Shown here: positions 41,043 to 51,083 of the stretch, piece by piece | How the letters are laid out: each line of letters opens with the position of its first letter | How positions within the stretch are numbered: the stretch's first letter is position 1 | Source of the DNA: Candidatus Bathyarchaeia archaeon | GTDB lineage: Archaea > Thermoproteota > Bathyarchaeia > Bathyarchaeales > Bathycorpusculaceae | Direction of reading: 5' to 3' | DNA length: 64,000 nt | Assembly (NCBI GenBank): GCA_050010755.1 | Contig: JBEKKK010000001.1 | Span: forward strand, 672,001 to 736,000 | Position numbers and translations under genes: made by a program | Notes under the pieces: generated by a model | The model's input: the letters and a program-made list of their open reading frames with translations, nothing else | The model's database searches: none | What the model was told of the DNA's origin: nothing

Positions 41043-41817
41043 GTAAGGGCAATTTGTTTCCAAAGAAACTGAAAATCCGCCTCGGACTGAACACTCCTAT
41101 TCTTGCGTTTCTCAGGTTTTTGCCAATCCTTGGAATCAATCCGACTGCGTCGGTACCAAGCTTGCACACGATGGCATACTCGAAGCCGCCGAGCGGTTCG
41201 ATGCCGACTACATCGCGGCTGAACCCTGCTTGTTGAACAGCCGACTCAATCCCACTGTGAGATGCTCCTAAAATATACAGTCTGTCCAGCAGCGACTGTG
41301 TCCATGCTATGTATTGTCTTCGCTGCTTTTCCGCAACTTCGGCCACAAATTGACTCTTGTCTTCGTCGATGCTGTCGATTTTCAGTGTGACGGGCAGATT
41401 TTCAGTGAAGCCGTATAATTCAGTAATTTCCTTCAAGCTGATTTTTCTTCCATCGACGAGCTGAGCTTGTAATCGTGCCAACGGGATTACCGCATCGTAA
41501 ATGCGCGGAGAGAAGACTCCGATGTCCACTCGCAGTTCATCCTTGCTTTGGTCCAAATTTGTTATGCGCCCTTTGATGGTTGAGAACCTGTGAACGTCCT
41601 CAAAGCTAGATGGGCATAGTCCAATCATGTCGTCCAAGAAGTGAAGAGCTGCGTTTTCATCTTCCCCAGAAACTGATACTTGAATCCAGCCGCGCGCGGT
41701 TGCTCCACAGGTTTTGACTTCAGCCTTCAAGCCTTCCAGCATGGATTTTAAGGCCTTGTCGAAGCTGTCTAGTCGGCGATTGTTGTGCGTTTTTGCGAAC
41801 AGCGTTACGGTAGGCAT
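41029..41817 (-). CDS. DUF2110-like conserved archaeal protein
   Basis: Position after tfe and the HD-domain gene, plus the C-terminal CKLGTDAVGLIPRIG motif. ATG 41817 chosen as start. Confidence 0.7.
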   Translation of the reverse strand: MPTVTLFAKTHNNRRLDSFDKALKSMLEGLKAEVKTCGATARGWIQVSVSGEDENAALHFLDDMIGLCPSSFEDVHRFSTIKGRITNLDQSKDELRVDIGVFSPRIYDAVIPLARLQAQLVDGRKISLKEITELYGFTENLPVTLKIDSIDEDKSQFVAEVAEKQRRQYIAWTQSLLDRLYILGASHSGIESAVQQAGFSRDVVGIEPLGGFEYAIVCKLGTDAVGLIPRIGKNLRNARIGVFSPRRIFSFFGNKLPLPISD

Positions 41818-42347
41818 TCGCAGTCCCCGACCAGGATTAGCATTTCTTCGTGCAGTTTCCACAGTCTTTGGATGGCGGGCGCCGGCAGTTCTCGTGAAAG
41901 TTCTTCTATGGTCACCTCTATGGGCACTCGCCTGGAACCTTCGATGAGCTTGTCGGCGTACGAAACGATTTTTTCTTCAAGTGATAAAGGAACGTAAATG
42001 TCTCTAGGCCACCCGAGTTTCCGAGCTTCCGTTGCCGTTATTCCTCCGCCGACGTGCCTCTTGATTATCGACACCAGAGGCTCTGGTAGACCGAGAGATC
42101 TTGCAATCTCTGCTCCCAAGACTGCGTGGTGTACGGTGTGAGTTTTGCCGCGTCCGATATCGTGCAGAAGCGCGCCGATTTCAACAAGTTGCACGTCTAC
42201 GTTGTATCCTTTCTTCCGGCAGGCTTCGGCTATTTCAACTGCAAGCGCAGAAACCGCTTCACAGTGCCTTACTACGTTTTCCCGACAGCCGCTCTCTCTG
42301 AGAAACTCCAACGCCTGGGCTCTCGTCGGGAGCTTTTCACTCACCAA
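41805..42347 (-). CDS. HD-domain metal-dependent phosphohydrolase (TIGR00295-like)
   Basis: HCEAV, LLHDIG, HAVLG, RHVGGGI and EEKIVSYADKL motifs. Confidence 0.9.
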   Translation of the reverse strand: MVSEKLPTRAQALEFLRESGCRENVVRHCEAVSALAVEIAEACRKKGYNVDVQLVEIGALLHDIGRGKTHTVHHAVLGAEIARSLGLPEPLVSIIKRHVGGGITATEARKLGWPRDIYVPLSLEEKIVSYADKLIEGSRRVPIEVTIEELSRELPAPAIQRLWKLHEEMLILVGDCECLP

Positions 42348-42849
42348 GCTCCTTCCTTAGGATTTCAACTTTCTTGGCCAGTGATTCAAGAATTTTATCG
42401 TTGTCGCAATGCATCAACGGTTTTCCACATGTTGGACACTTGAAAACGAGTTCAACAGCTTCTTCGAAGGGAATTCGCTGGCAACCCGGCGTGGAACAGT
42501 AATAGAAATCATGGTTTTTTTCATAGTCCAGTCGAATGTCAAGTTTTTCAAGCACTCGACGTTTCTGACTGAGTATGAAACCCTCAAGCTGATCGGGCTG
42601 CAACCTCCAATGAAATATGAACCACCCCGTTTTCGGATCGCGCGTGCGCCTGAGGCTTACGAGAGAGTGGTCATAGAGTTTGTAGAGGATTTTTCGAACA
42701 GAGTTCAATCGTATGCCCGTCTTGGTTGCAATCTCGTCATCCGTTATTTCACCGGAGTTCTTCAGAATATCTATTAATTTGACCGCGTCTTCTTCTCCCA
42801 CGGCTTCAGCAACTTTGAGCAGGGTTGCATCATCTATGTTGGATAACAT
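42337..42849 (-). CDS. tfe: Transcription factor E (TFIIE alpha)
   Basis: wHTH (TDDEIA...VRKILYKLYD...TGWFIFHW) and Zn ribbon (CSTPGC...FKCPTCG). Confidence 0.93.
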   Translation of the reverse strand: MLSNIDDATLLKVAEAVGEEDAVKLIDILKNSGEITDDEIATKTGIRLNSVRKILYKLYDHSLVSLRRTRDPKTGWFIFHWRLQPDQLEGFILSQKRRVLEKLDIRLDYEKNHDFYYCSTPGCQRIPFEEAVELVFKCPTCGKPLMHCDNDKILESLAKKVEILRKELGE

Positions 42850-42944
42850 GGCAGACCTTTGCTTCCAGTAATCAGCATTATTACTTATATCATATATTTT
42901 GCAGGTTTAGACTTAAATCTCTTTATTAGGAAAAGCGGGGTTTT

Positions 42945-43511
42945 TCACGGTCTTTTCTCTACTACAACCTTTTTTCCTCTACGTTGAGGGATGATTTTCA
43001 CGTCTGCGTTCTGGAAGCTCTTGGCCAATTCCTCTCCTTTGAAGAAGCGGTCGAGGAAAACTGCCACGCTTGCGCATTCTGAGTGCGGCTGGTTCCCTAT
43101 GGCGACGTTGAAATCTGAAACGGCTTTCGAGAAGAATTCGCCTGGGACTTTTTGGCTTCCAACGATGACCAGAATGTTCTTTCCAGAAGCTCTGATGCGG
43201 GTCAACACGTCTGAAGTTTCAACGTTTTCTCCGTATGCTGTCATGTGCACGACCACGCCGTTTCGGGCTTTCCAGTCGCTTACAGCCTTTCTCCAGGAGG
43301 TTCCCATTTCGAAGAAGAAGGCCCCGCCCCAGCTTCGGGTGACCTCGTCTATCGTGTCCTTGAGTTTTCGGTCCTCTGTGTCTGAGAGGATTAGTCCAGA
43401 AGCACCTAGGGCGCGCGCTGCGAGGGCGACGTGCGTGGTGAGCCTTGCGTCTCTTGTCGGCCGGTGCCCCCATCTCAGCACAACGACTTCGGGCATAGTT
43501 TCTCTCTTCAT
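42945..43511 (-). CDS. trm56: tRNA (cytidine(56)-2'-O)-methyltransferase
   Basis: LRWGHRPTRDARLTTHVALAARALGA, VHMTAYG, VGSQKVP and NQPHSE motifs. Confidence 0.93.
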   Translation of the reverse strand: MKRETMPEVVVLRWGHRPTRDARLTTHVALAARALGASGLILSDTEDRKLKDTIDEVTRSWGGAFFFEMGTSWRKAVSDWKARNGVVVHMTAYGENVETSDVLTRIRASGKNILVIVGSQKVPGEFFSKAVSDFNVAIGNQPHSECASVAVFLDRFFKGEELAKSFQNADVKIIPQRRGKKVVVEKRP

Positions 43512-44758
43512 ATTTTCTCGACTTGTTGATTAAATTCTATTTTCACTCGGCTTCTAACCTTCTCAGCGAACGTGGGAGCCGATTCGAAAACCACGCAGAC
43601 GGAGTTTCCGTTGTAATCCGCTTTCTGAACGTCAGCATTTTCGAAAAGCCACGCCATGAACCGCATCGTCTTGTCGGTCAATGGAATGGTGAAAGTTGCC
43701 CTGACATAGTTCCTCAGCGTCTTCAGTATCTCCTGTTTCAACTGTTCCAGGTTGGTTTTGAACAATGCGGATATCGGAACAAGAGTCATCGCCTTGTCCT
43801 CCAGCGCTTTAATCTTCTGCTGAACCTCGGTTTCCGACATGAGATCAATCTTGTTCAACAAGGTAATCACCGGAACGCCTGAGGCTCCAATGCGGTCTAT
43901 GGTGTCCAAGCATGTCCACAGCTTCTTTTCGATAACGTTCATCGATTCACTCGCATCCACCAACAGGAGTATCAGGTCCGAGTAGATTGTTTCTTCAAGA
44001 GTTGAGTGGAACGCCTCTATCAGAGTTAAGGGCAGCCGATCTATGAAGCCGACGGTGTCGGTCAAGAGAAACTCTTTCTTCGAGAGTTTTACGAGCCGCG
44101 TCGTCGTCGAAAGCGTCGTGAACAATGCCGCGTCCACGGGAACTGTCTCTTCCGCAAGGGCGTTGAACAGAGAGCTTTTTCCGGCCTTCGTATATCCGGC
44201 GAGCGAAATTGACGTGAACCCCAATTCTTCCCTTCTGCGCCGATGCAGGACTCTCTTTGCCCGGATTTTTCGGAGCTTTCTGCGTATCGCGTGTACTTCT
44301 CTCTTTACGCTTTCGTAGTAGACGTCCACTTCGTAGGCTCCGAGCCCCATGAAACCCGGCTGTTCTCCCTTCTTGGCAAGGCGCACTCTCTCCTTGGCCT
44401 GGGTCAAATCGTATCGTAGACTTGCCAGTTTGATCTGCATCTGCGCCTCGGCAGTGGTGGCTCTCTTCGTGAAGATTTCCAGTATCAGCTGAAAACGGTC
44501 GATGATTTCGACGCCCGTTGCTTTTGCAAGGTTGTAAGACTGAAGAGGCCTCAGTAGGTTGTCGAAAATCACTTTTTCGGCGGCTTCTTTCTTTACGAGT
44601 TCGGCGAGTTCTTCCACTTTCCCGGAGCCTATCTGGTAGCGGGCGTCTCCCTGTCTGACTTGTTCCAGCCTGCCAACGATAGTGTAGCCCGCCGATTCAG
44701 CTAGACTTTCAAGCTCATCAAGGCCGTTCGGTTCGAATTGCTGGCGACGTTGGACTAT
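43508..44758 (-). CDS. hflX: GTPase HflX
   Basis: GYTKAGKSSL, FTTL, DTVGF, NKID and ISA motifs. The conserved N-terminus (ELESLAESAGY...GSGKVEEL) lies upstream of the first canonical start (44617), so the start is uncertain (ATA 44758 or ACG 44770). Confidence 0.9.
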   Translation of the reverse strand: MVQRRQQFEPNGLDELESLAESAGYTIVGRLEQVRQGDARYQIGSGKVEELAELVKKEAAEKVIFDNLLRPLQSYNLAKATGVEIIDRFQLILEIFTKRATTAEAQMQIKLASLRYDLTQAKERVRLAKKGEQPGFMGLGAYEVDVYYESVKREVHAIRRKLRKIRAKRVLHRRRREELGFTSISLAGYTKAGKSSLFNALAEETVPVDAALFTTLSTTTRLVKLSKKEFLLTDTVGFIDRLPLTLIEAFHSTLEETIYSDLILLLVDASESMNVIEKKLWTCLDTIDRIGASGVPVITLLNKIDLMSETEVQQKIKALEDKAMTLVPISALFKTNLEQLKQEILKTLRNYVRATFTIPLTDKTMRFMAWLFENADVQKADYNGNSVCVVFESAPTFAEKVRSRVKIEFNQQVEKI

Positions 44759-45309
44759 GATTGCCTTCGTCCAGCAGTATCCTCCTTCTCCTTGCCCTTC
44801 TTGTCCATCTGAATCAGATCTCCAAGGGTCATGTCCCGACCTGAAGCCCTGCCCAGTTTCGCCTGCGGGACTTTCTCTTCCTTGGCTGGAACGATTAGCT
44901 TGATTTTCAAAGCGTGCTCGAGCATCGTTGCAAGTCTGTTGTCCGGCGTCATCTTTCCAGTTTCAATTTTTCGCAGAAGCGACACTTTCTCGTTTATTTT
45001 CTTCCCCAATTCCTCGTGAGACAGCCCGAGTTTCTCTCTGGCTTGCCTTATTTTCAAATCGAAGTTCTCCACGAGTTCCAAGCTTGTGTCCACTTTCGGA
45101 GGCTGCGGCTTCTTGGTCTGAATCATCAGAGGCCTAGGCTTCGTCCCAGGCCTCAGACTTGTAACGCGCTGTTTAGGTTCCTCGTAGTATGGCTTTCCAA
45201 GCTTAGAGCACTCGATGCATACCGTTAGCTTTGCCCCTTCGATGATGACTTTTAGGGGTTTTCCGTTGATTCTGCGCCCACAGACTTCACATCGCAATTG
45301 TCCTTCCAC
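44755..45309 (-). CDS. mbf1: Multiprotein bridging factor aMBF1
   Basis: Zn ribbon CEVCG...CIEC, HTH IRQAREKLGLSHEELG...IETG and the TLGD motif. Confidence 0.92.
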   Translation of the reverse strand: MEGQLRCEVCGRRINGKPLKVIIEGAKLTVCIECSKLGKPYYEEPKQRVTSLRPGTKPRPLMIQTKKPQPPKVDTSLELVENFDLKIRQAREKLGLSHEELGKKINEKVSLLRKIETGKMTPDNRLATMLEHALKIKLIVPAKEEKVPQAKLGRASGRDMTLGDLIQMDKKGKEKEDTAGRRQS

Positions 45310-45393
45310 CTGAACTGTTTTTATTATCCATTTTATTATTCTAGTGATGTTTATAGTTGTCGAAACGGAATTCGGCCTTTGCTGGTGACAGGT

Positions 45394-45864
45394 TTGGAAG
45401 ATTCATTGAGAAGAGTTAGGAGCGTTGCTGATTATCAGTTCGGCAAGGGAGTTGGCAGGGTACTGTTCCCCGACGAGGTGAAGATCGTTTTTTCTAGGAA
45501 CACGGGCCGAATCCGCTACGTCTACCTTGAGGGTAAACGGCTTGGAACGATGCGGCCGACAGACGGCTTCTTTTCGTTGAGTATTTACGGAGCGAAAAGA
45601 GTTGTTGATGGTGGACAATCTGCGAGGTGTTTTGTTACTGTTCGTAGTGACGTTGCGAAGTTCATAGCTGAGGGTGGCGACGTTTTTGCTGCGCACATCG
45701 TGTCGGCTGATGACGAGGTTCGCGCTAGAGACGAAATCATCGTGCTCGACGAAGAGGGCGAGGTCTTGGCAGTTGGGCGGGCTGCACTTTCGGGTGAAGA
45801 AATGAAAGCTTTTAAGCGCGGCATCGCCGTGAAAGTTCGGCGCGGTTGTCTAGAGGAAGGTTAA
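45394..45864 (+). CDS. TGT-C2 + PUA domain protein (archaeosine TGT C-terminal-like)
   Basis: VADYQFG...SRNTGRIR...RPTDG, then PUA (GGDVFAAHI...AVGRA...VKVRRG). TTG 45394 follows GGTGA. Confidence 0.85.
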   Translation: MEDSLRRVRSVADYQFGKGVGRVLFPDEVKIVFSRNTGRIRYVYLEGKRLGTMRPTDGFFSLSIYGAKRVVDGGQSARCFVTVRSDVAKFIAEGGDVFAAHIVSADDEVRARDEIIVLDEEGEVLAVGRAALSGEEMKAFKRGIAVKVRRGCLEEG

Positions 45865-45910
45865 GTATATGAAGATTGAATTGCAAATGCTATGCATGTA
45901 GGGTGAGACC

Positions 45911-46264
45911 GTGCAAAGACGTGTGAACCCCAGAGAAGCAAAACGCATGATGCAACGTATGGGCCTGAACATGAATCCAGTGACCGACGTTGAGCAAGTC
46001 ATCATCAAAACTAACAGCAAACAGATCATTATAGAAGAGCCTGAAGTTGCGATGCTTGAAATGCAGGGACAGAAAATTTTCCAGGTGACAGGTGGAAAAA
46101 TCACTGAGAAAGCAGCAGAACGCAAACCGTCAGCCGTGGCTGAAGAAGACGTCAGGCTTGTAGCAGACCAGACTGGAAAAAACTTGGAAGAAGCGAGAAA
46201 AGCCCTGGAAGAATGTCAAGGAGATCTAGCCAAAGCCATCCTGTTGCTACAATCGAACGGCTAG
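45911..46264 (+). CDS. nac: Nascent polypeptide-associated complex protein
   Basis: NPREAKRMMQRMG...V.QVII...FQVTG and a UBA-like tail EEDVRLVADQTG...GDLAKAIL. Confidence 0.93.
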   Translation: MQRRVNPREAKRMMQRMGLNMNPVTDVEQVIIKTNSKQIIIEEPEVAMLEMQGQKIFQVTGGKITEKAAERKPSAVAEEDVRLVADQTGKNLEEARKALEECQGDLAKAILLLQSNG

Positions 46265-46561
46265 AAAGTAGCGCTCTCGCACAAACAATCTGAACTCATC
46301 GATGACGGCTAAGCCAACGTGAAAATCGATTTTCAAGAAAAAGCAAGATTGATCAAACTCTTTCAAAAGCATGACAAAAAAACATTCACTGACCTGAACT
46401 TCGCTAAAATAATACTTTCAATGAAGTTTGGAATGACTGCTTGAAAGTTGAAAGAGACTTCGGACACTGAGACGGGAGCTGAAAACTCGCGGCGGGATGC
46501 ATCCCAGAACATCTATAAGCAAATTCGTCTTTCCTTAATGCGACTATTTGAGGGGGCGCCC

Positions 46562-47707
46562 GTGAAGTATAGGAAATTTGGCAAGTTGGACTGGGAGGTT
46601 TCGGCTTTGGGGTTTGGAGCAATGAGACTGCCTATTATCGATGGGGATGCCTCGAAAATCAACGAACCCGAAGCTTTGAAGATGATCAGGTATGCGCTTG
46701 ACAGCGGCTTGAATTATGTGGATACTGCGTATCCTTATCACAGGGGAAACAGTGAGGGACTTGTTGGAAAGGCGCTGCGAGAAGGCTACCGTGAGAAGAC
46801 AAGATTGGCCACGAAGATGCCGTCTTGGCTCATCAAGTCCCAGGAGGACATGGACAAGTACTTGGATGAACAGCTCACTAGGCTCCAGCAGGACTACGTG
46901 GATTTCTATTTGTTGCACGGGCTCAGAAAGGATGGCTGGCAGAAACTCAAAGATTTGAACGTGTTCAAGTGGGCTGAAAAGAAGATGGACGAGGGAAAGT
47001 TTTTGCATTTGGGTTTCAGCTTCCATGATGACTATGGCACTTTCAAGAAAATCGTAGACGCCTACGACGGCTGGACATTCTGCCAAATCCAGTACAGCTA
47101 CATGGACGAACAGTACCAAGCTGGCACGAGAGGGTTGAAGTATGCCGCCTCAAGGGGCTTGGCAGTTGTCGTGATGGAACCCATAGCCGGCGGAAGGCTG
47201 GCAACTGTACCTCCCAAAGAGATCCAGGAATCTTGGAACAAAGCAGGTATCCAGAGAACACCCGCGGAGTGGGCGCTTCAATGGGTGTGGAACCATCCGG
47301 AAGTGTCCGTTGTCCTGAGTGGCATGAGCACGTTTCAACAGGTGAAAGAAAACCTGGACAGCGCAAACAGATCAGCCGCCAACAGACTCACAGCTAAGGA
47401 ACTAAGCGTCATCAGCCAAGTCAGACGCAAATACAAAAGGCTCGGCTTCATCGGTTGTACTGGCTGCAGATACTGCATGCCCTGCCCACAGGGAGTGAAC
47501 GTACCTGAGATATTCTCACTTTACAATGAATACTACGTACGGAATGAGGACGACGAGATAAAAAGCAAGTATTGGGAGCACATCACGCCGGAAAGCCAAG
47601 CAAAGAGATGTGAGAGATGTGGAAAATGCGAGGAAGTTTGTCCTCAGCACCTGCAGATCAGGGAAATTCTGAGCAGGGCCGCTTTTCTCTTTGAAGAGAA
47701 GACCTGA
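46562..47707 (+). CDS. Aldo/keto reductase with C-terminal Fe-S domain
   Basis: LGFGAMRLP, DTAYPYH, LATK, GFSFHD, CTGCRYCMPCP and CERCGKCEEVCPQ motifs. GTG 46562 chosen as start. Confidence 0.92.
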   Translation: MKYRKFGKLDWEVSALGFGAMRLPIIDGDASKINEPEALKMIRYALDSGLNYVDTAYPYHRGNSEGLVGKALREGYREKTRLATKMPSWLIKSQEDMDKYLDEQLTRLQQDYVDFYLLHGLRKDGWQKLKDLNVFKWAEKKMDEGKFLHLGFSFHDDYGTFKKIVDAYDGWTFCQIQYSYMDEQYQAGTRGLKYAASRGLAVVVMEPIAGGRLATVPPKEIQESWNKAGIQRTPAEWALQWVWNHPEVSVVLSGMSTFQQVKENLDSANRSAANRLTAKELSVISQVRRKYKRLGFIGCTGCRYCMPCPQGVNVPEIFSLYNEYYVRNEDDEIKSKYWEHITPESQAKRCERCGKCEEVCPQHLQIREILSRAAFLFEEKT

Positions 47708-48021
47708 AAAAGGATGCATGCACGAATTAGGATGGCTGCGCAGGAATAGCAGGTCTCGCGGGTGCTCATATTTTTAACGGGAGGAGACGAATGTCTGGAC
47801 TGCGCGTTCGCTTTAGGTCTTTGGGTGACAACCTCTTGGTGTCGCGTGATTTACGTTCAGTTCATGTCATCTATTTTGATGTAAAGTTTACAGATGATTC
47901 ACTTTTTTGAGAACGTGACCAAACTCTGATTGTTCTTTTTGCATTACTTGAGAACAAAGATTAAATAGTCTCTCCTCCATGAGTTAAGTCTTAAACTTTG
48001 GATTTAATCGAGGTGATACAA

Positions 48022-48234
48022 TTGGTGAGCGAAGGAAAGGGACGCTTGTTCAGAAGGAAAGACGGAAAGTATCTGCTCTACCTGCCCGTGGACTTGGCTG
48101 AGGATAGTATGTTTCCGTTCAAGGAATACCAGAGAACAAAGAGAGGAGCCGATTCAATCGCTGTTAAAATAAACTTCAAACATGGGGAGGGCAAGCTGAC
48201 AGTGGAAAAGTGGAAGGAACCAGCTGCACAATAA
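48022..48234 (+). CDS. Small hypothetical protein, possibly AbrB-like
   Basis: GAGGTG then TTG 48022. GRLFRRKDGKYLLYLP...KLTVEKW has a swapped-hairpin-like pattern. Confidence 0.6.
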   Translation: MVSEGKGRLFRRKDGKYLLYLPVDLAEDSMFPFKEYQRTKRGADSIAVKINFKHGEGKLTVEKWKEPAAQ

Positions 48235-48466
48235 TCTGGTCGAACAGTTGCAGTTAAGCATTCCCCACGTTAGAGCAAATCTGTCACTTGTTTCTGAACC
48301 ACCTACACTTTTTTAGGCATTAGCCCAGATTTACCAAGGCAGGCAAGTCGGGGCAGTGATTTTGAAAGTTCCGTTTTGGTGTGAGTGTATGCATACAAGA
48401 AGGACGAGAATGAGGGCAATTTTGATCTTTGCTGCGTGCAATCAGTGATCGAGAAGATCAAATCTA

Positions 48467-50434
48467 TTAGCCGTAGATTGAAACTCGGCAAAGACCTTTC
48501 TTTTCCAAGTCTTCTGCAATATCGGTAATCCCTAACTCTGTCAATTTCTCTTTTGTAGGTATTCCCCTGTCCAATTCCCAACCTCTTTCGTCGTAATACT
48601 CATCAAGAATCTCATGGACGTCGTTCCGGTTGAGAACCTTTTTGCCATAGTAATCTTTCATTTTGACCAACCCGTCAGGCGTCTTTCTCGGCTTAAGCCA
48701 TATTTCGGGAATCACGTCGTTTTTTCTTTCAAATCCTTCTCTGACATTCAAAACTTTAAGCAAGTTATGAACAAGCTCACCTGCTTTCTTGAGTTCTCTA
48801 GCATTAGTTTGAATCCCGGTTGCTGCTGAGTAGGCTTCGGCAAGAATGTCTATGCTCAAGATTCCTAGTACTGCATAGATCGTGCATATGCCTAAGGAAT
48901 TATAAACTGCGTAGGCATCCTCTGCATGTCTGGCGAGTCTGCCAGCGCTGAATCCCAGAGGATTTGACGGATTAAAAATCCTTTTCAAGGCGTCAGTATC
49001 TACACCCATCTTCTTGCAGTCTTTCCGAATCACATCTATTGATTGTAAAGGATTAATGCTCGCTGAATGAGCAGATGCACTGTGTGCCCCGCGAGGATGG
49101 ACAATTTGAGTGAGGGATATTGCATCAAATGATCTGAATCGTGCATCGTATATCGAGTCTGCACCCTTGACTTCTCCGCGACCTTGCAGGTATTCAGTGC
49201 TTGAGTCTATGCCAAGTGTCTCAGAAGTCGTTTTCCATCCATCTGCCAAAATATCTCCGAATCCCTCCTTATGGCTTATCATATCCGCCAATAGAACGTA
49301 AGTGTTCAAGTTTCTCTTCAGTTCTAGGCCACCAGTTTGTTCTCTGTTAATCTTGCCTTGTTCAAAGACTCTAGTTACAAAATCTACTAAACCAGAGAAT
49401 GTCATGCAGCATAGGCCGTATCTATTCAGTATATCCATTAATTCAATTGCATTTCTGTAATCAGCAATTTCCAATCTATTGCCCATCGCAGCTATCACAT
49501 CGAAGTGTCCTGTTTGCGTGCCATGTCCCTTGAATTTCCCACTTTTTATTTCAAATGAAGCTGCACAAGGCAGCATGCAAGCTGTACAAGCTAATATCTT
49601 TGTTTTTACTTTTGCAAAATTTTGGAACCCATAAAATTTATCATATGTCTCTTTATCCCAATTTCCTTCATTCATGGTCTCTATGTAAGTTTCCCATCCT
49701 GCCATCGTACCTAGGTCTTTCATTTTCTCGAAGGAAGGATGATTCAGGATTTGTCTGCGTATGCGGCCCACTACATTCATGAATTTTTGCTTTTCTCGTA
49801 TGTTTACACGTCCAGTGCCTCTGACAACGATTGCTTTGAGTCTTTTGGAGCCCATCACTGCTCCAAGCCCGCCTCTGCCTAAATGGTAGTTTTTGTCGAC
49901 TAGGCACAGCGAAAAACTCACTAAATTCTCGCCAGCGGCACCAATTGCTATTATTCCATTCTTGCCTTCATTGGTCAACTCATCGGAAACTTCATAGCTG
50001 TCTTTTCTTCCCCACAAATGTTCGGCATCGCAAATGCTGATTCGATCATCTATAATCTCCAAATACACTGGATTCTCCGATTTTCCAGTTATTATTAACT
50101 GATCGTAGCCTGCACTTTTGAGCATGAAACCAAATCTTCTGCTACCACTTACAGCTCCTGCAATCGTCCCCGTGAGAGGGAATTTTGTTGTTGCCACTAC
50201 CTTTGCAGCAGATGGGAACATTGTTCCTACAAGGGGACCGGCGCTGATAATTATAGGGTTGATTGCTGATAGAGGAGTTTCTTCGGCTTTTATCAGGGAG
50301 TAAGCTACTCTCAGGTCCAGCCCCCAACCTCCAATAAATTTTTTCGCCAAAGACAAGTCGAGGGATTTCATATCGATCTGTTTGGTTGCAAGATCCACGA
50401 AAACCGTGGTGCCAGCAAATCCGTGACATACCAT
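48467..50434 (-). CDS. Aldehyde:ferredoxin oxidoreductase family protein (divergent)
   Basis: KFPLTG, IGAAGEN, GRGGLGAVMGSKRLKA, CTACMLPC and LDEYYDERGW motifs. Confidence 0.9.
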   Translation of the reverse strand: MVCHGFAGTTVFVDLATKQIDMKSLDLSLAKKFIGGWGLDLRVAYSLIKAEETPLSAINPIIISAGPLVGTMFPSAAKVVATTKFPLTGTIAGAVSGSRRFGFMLKSAGYDQLIITGKSENPVYLEIIDDRISICDAEHLWGRKDSYEVSDELTNEGKNGIIAIGAAGENLVSFSLCLVDKNYHLGRGGLGAVMGSKRLKAIVVRGTGRVNIREKQKFMNVVGRIRRQILNHPSFEKMKDLGTMAGWETYIETMNEGNWDKETYDKFYGFQNFAKVKTKILACTACMLPCAASFEIKSGKFKGHGTQTGHFDVIAAMGNRLEIADYRNAIELMDILNRYGLCCMTFSGLVDFVTRVFEQGKINREQTGGLELKRNLNTYVLLADMISHKEGFGDILADGWKTTSETLGIDSSTEYLQGRGEVKGADSIYDARFRSFDAISLTQIVHPRGAHSASAHSASINPLQSIDVIRKDCKKMGVDTDALKRIFNPSNPLGFSAGRLARHAEDAYAVYNSLGICTIYAVLGILSIDILAEAYSAATGIQTNARELKKAGELVHNLLKVLNVREGFERKNDVIPEIWLKPRKTPDGLVKMKDYYGKKVLNRNDVHEILDEYYDERGWELDRGIPTKEKLTELGITDIAEDLEKKGLCRVSIYG

Positions 50435-50435
50435 C

Positions 50436-50660
50436 CTAGATCCAACTCACTGTTCTCAGCGCTTCAAAAGGACAATACTCAACGCAGAGTTTGCTTTCTT
50501 TGATGCATAGTTCTAAAAATACGATTTTCTCTTTGCTAACCGATATTCTTGATTTTGAGACGTTGAAACTCCCATTGTGTGCAAATGAGCAGATCAATTG
50601 GCAGCTCAAACACTCCCTACACTTCTTAGGAGACATGATTATGTTTGTCTTCTCATTCAT
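50436..50660 (-). CDS. Small 4Fe-4S ferredoxin-like subunit
   Basis: CRECLSCQLIC...C...CVEYCPFEAL, directly upstream of the AOR gene. Confidence 0.8.
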   Translation of the reverse strand: MNEKTNIIMSPKKCRECLSCQLICSFAHNGSFNVSKSRISVSKEKIVFLELCIKESKLCVEYCPFEALRTVSWI

Positions 50661-51083
50661 CCATAATAAAACCGCCGATCTTAATTATTAAACCTTGTCT
50701 GCCCAATCCTGTTGAGCTAGCATTTATTCTGATTAAGTCATCTGGCTTAAGAGCCTACAATAATCGTCTTTGTCGAAAACAACGTTAGAAACAATACGTA
50801 CTCCAAATTCATAATGGATAAATCAAATGTCCAAGTCTTTTTGACTATCAACGGGAGTCTTCAAGCAAAACCTGAATATGCAAGTTACCCATGGTAGAGA
50901 CGCAGAACATGGTATCTCCCCAAAGATGTGAAAATAGGCAGAAAATCTGATGTCACAGTTTGCCGATGTGCATGAGAGTCGTCCAAGCGCCAGACCTGAA
51001 AATCTGTCGAAAACACCTTAGAAGGGGAGTAGCTTTCACGACAACCGTTCCCATCGACCCATAGGTACAGGGGGCAAGGAAAT

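Noticed and set aside
45394-45864. TGT-C2/PUA protein as partner of the island TGT-fold protein
   Set aside because: It lies in the conserved mbf1/nac housekeeping cluster outside the att sites, and is better explained as part of the normal archaeosine machinery.
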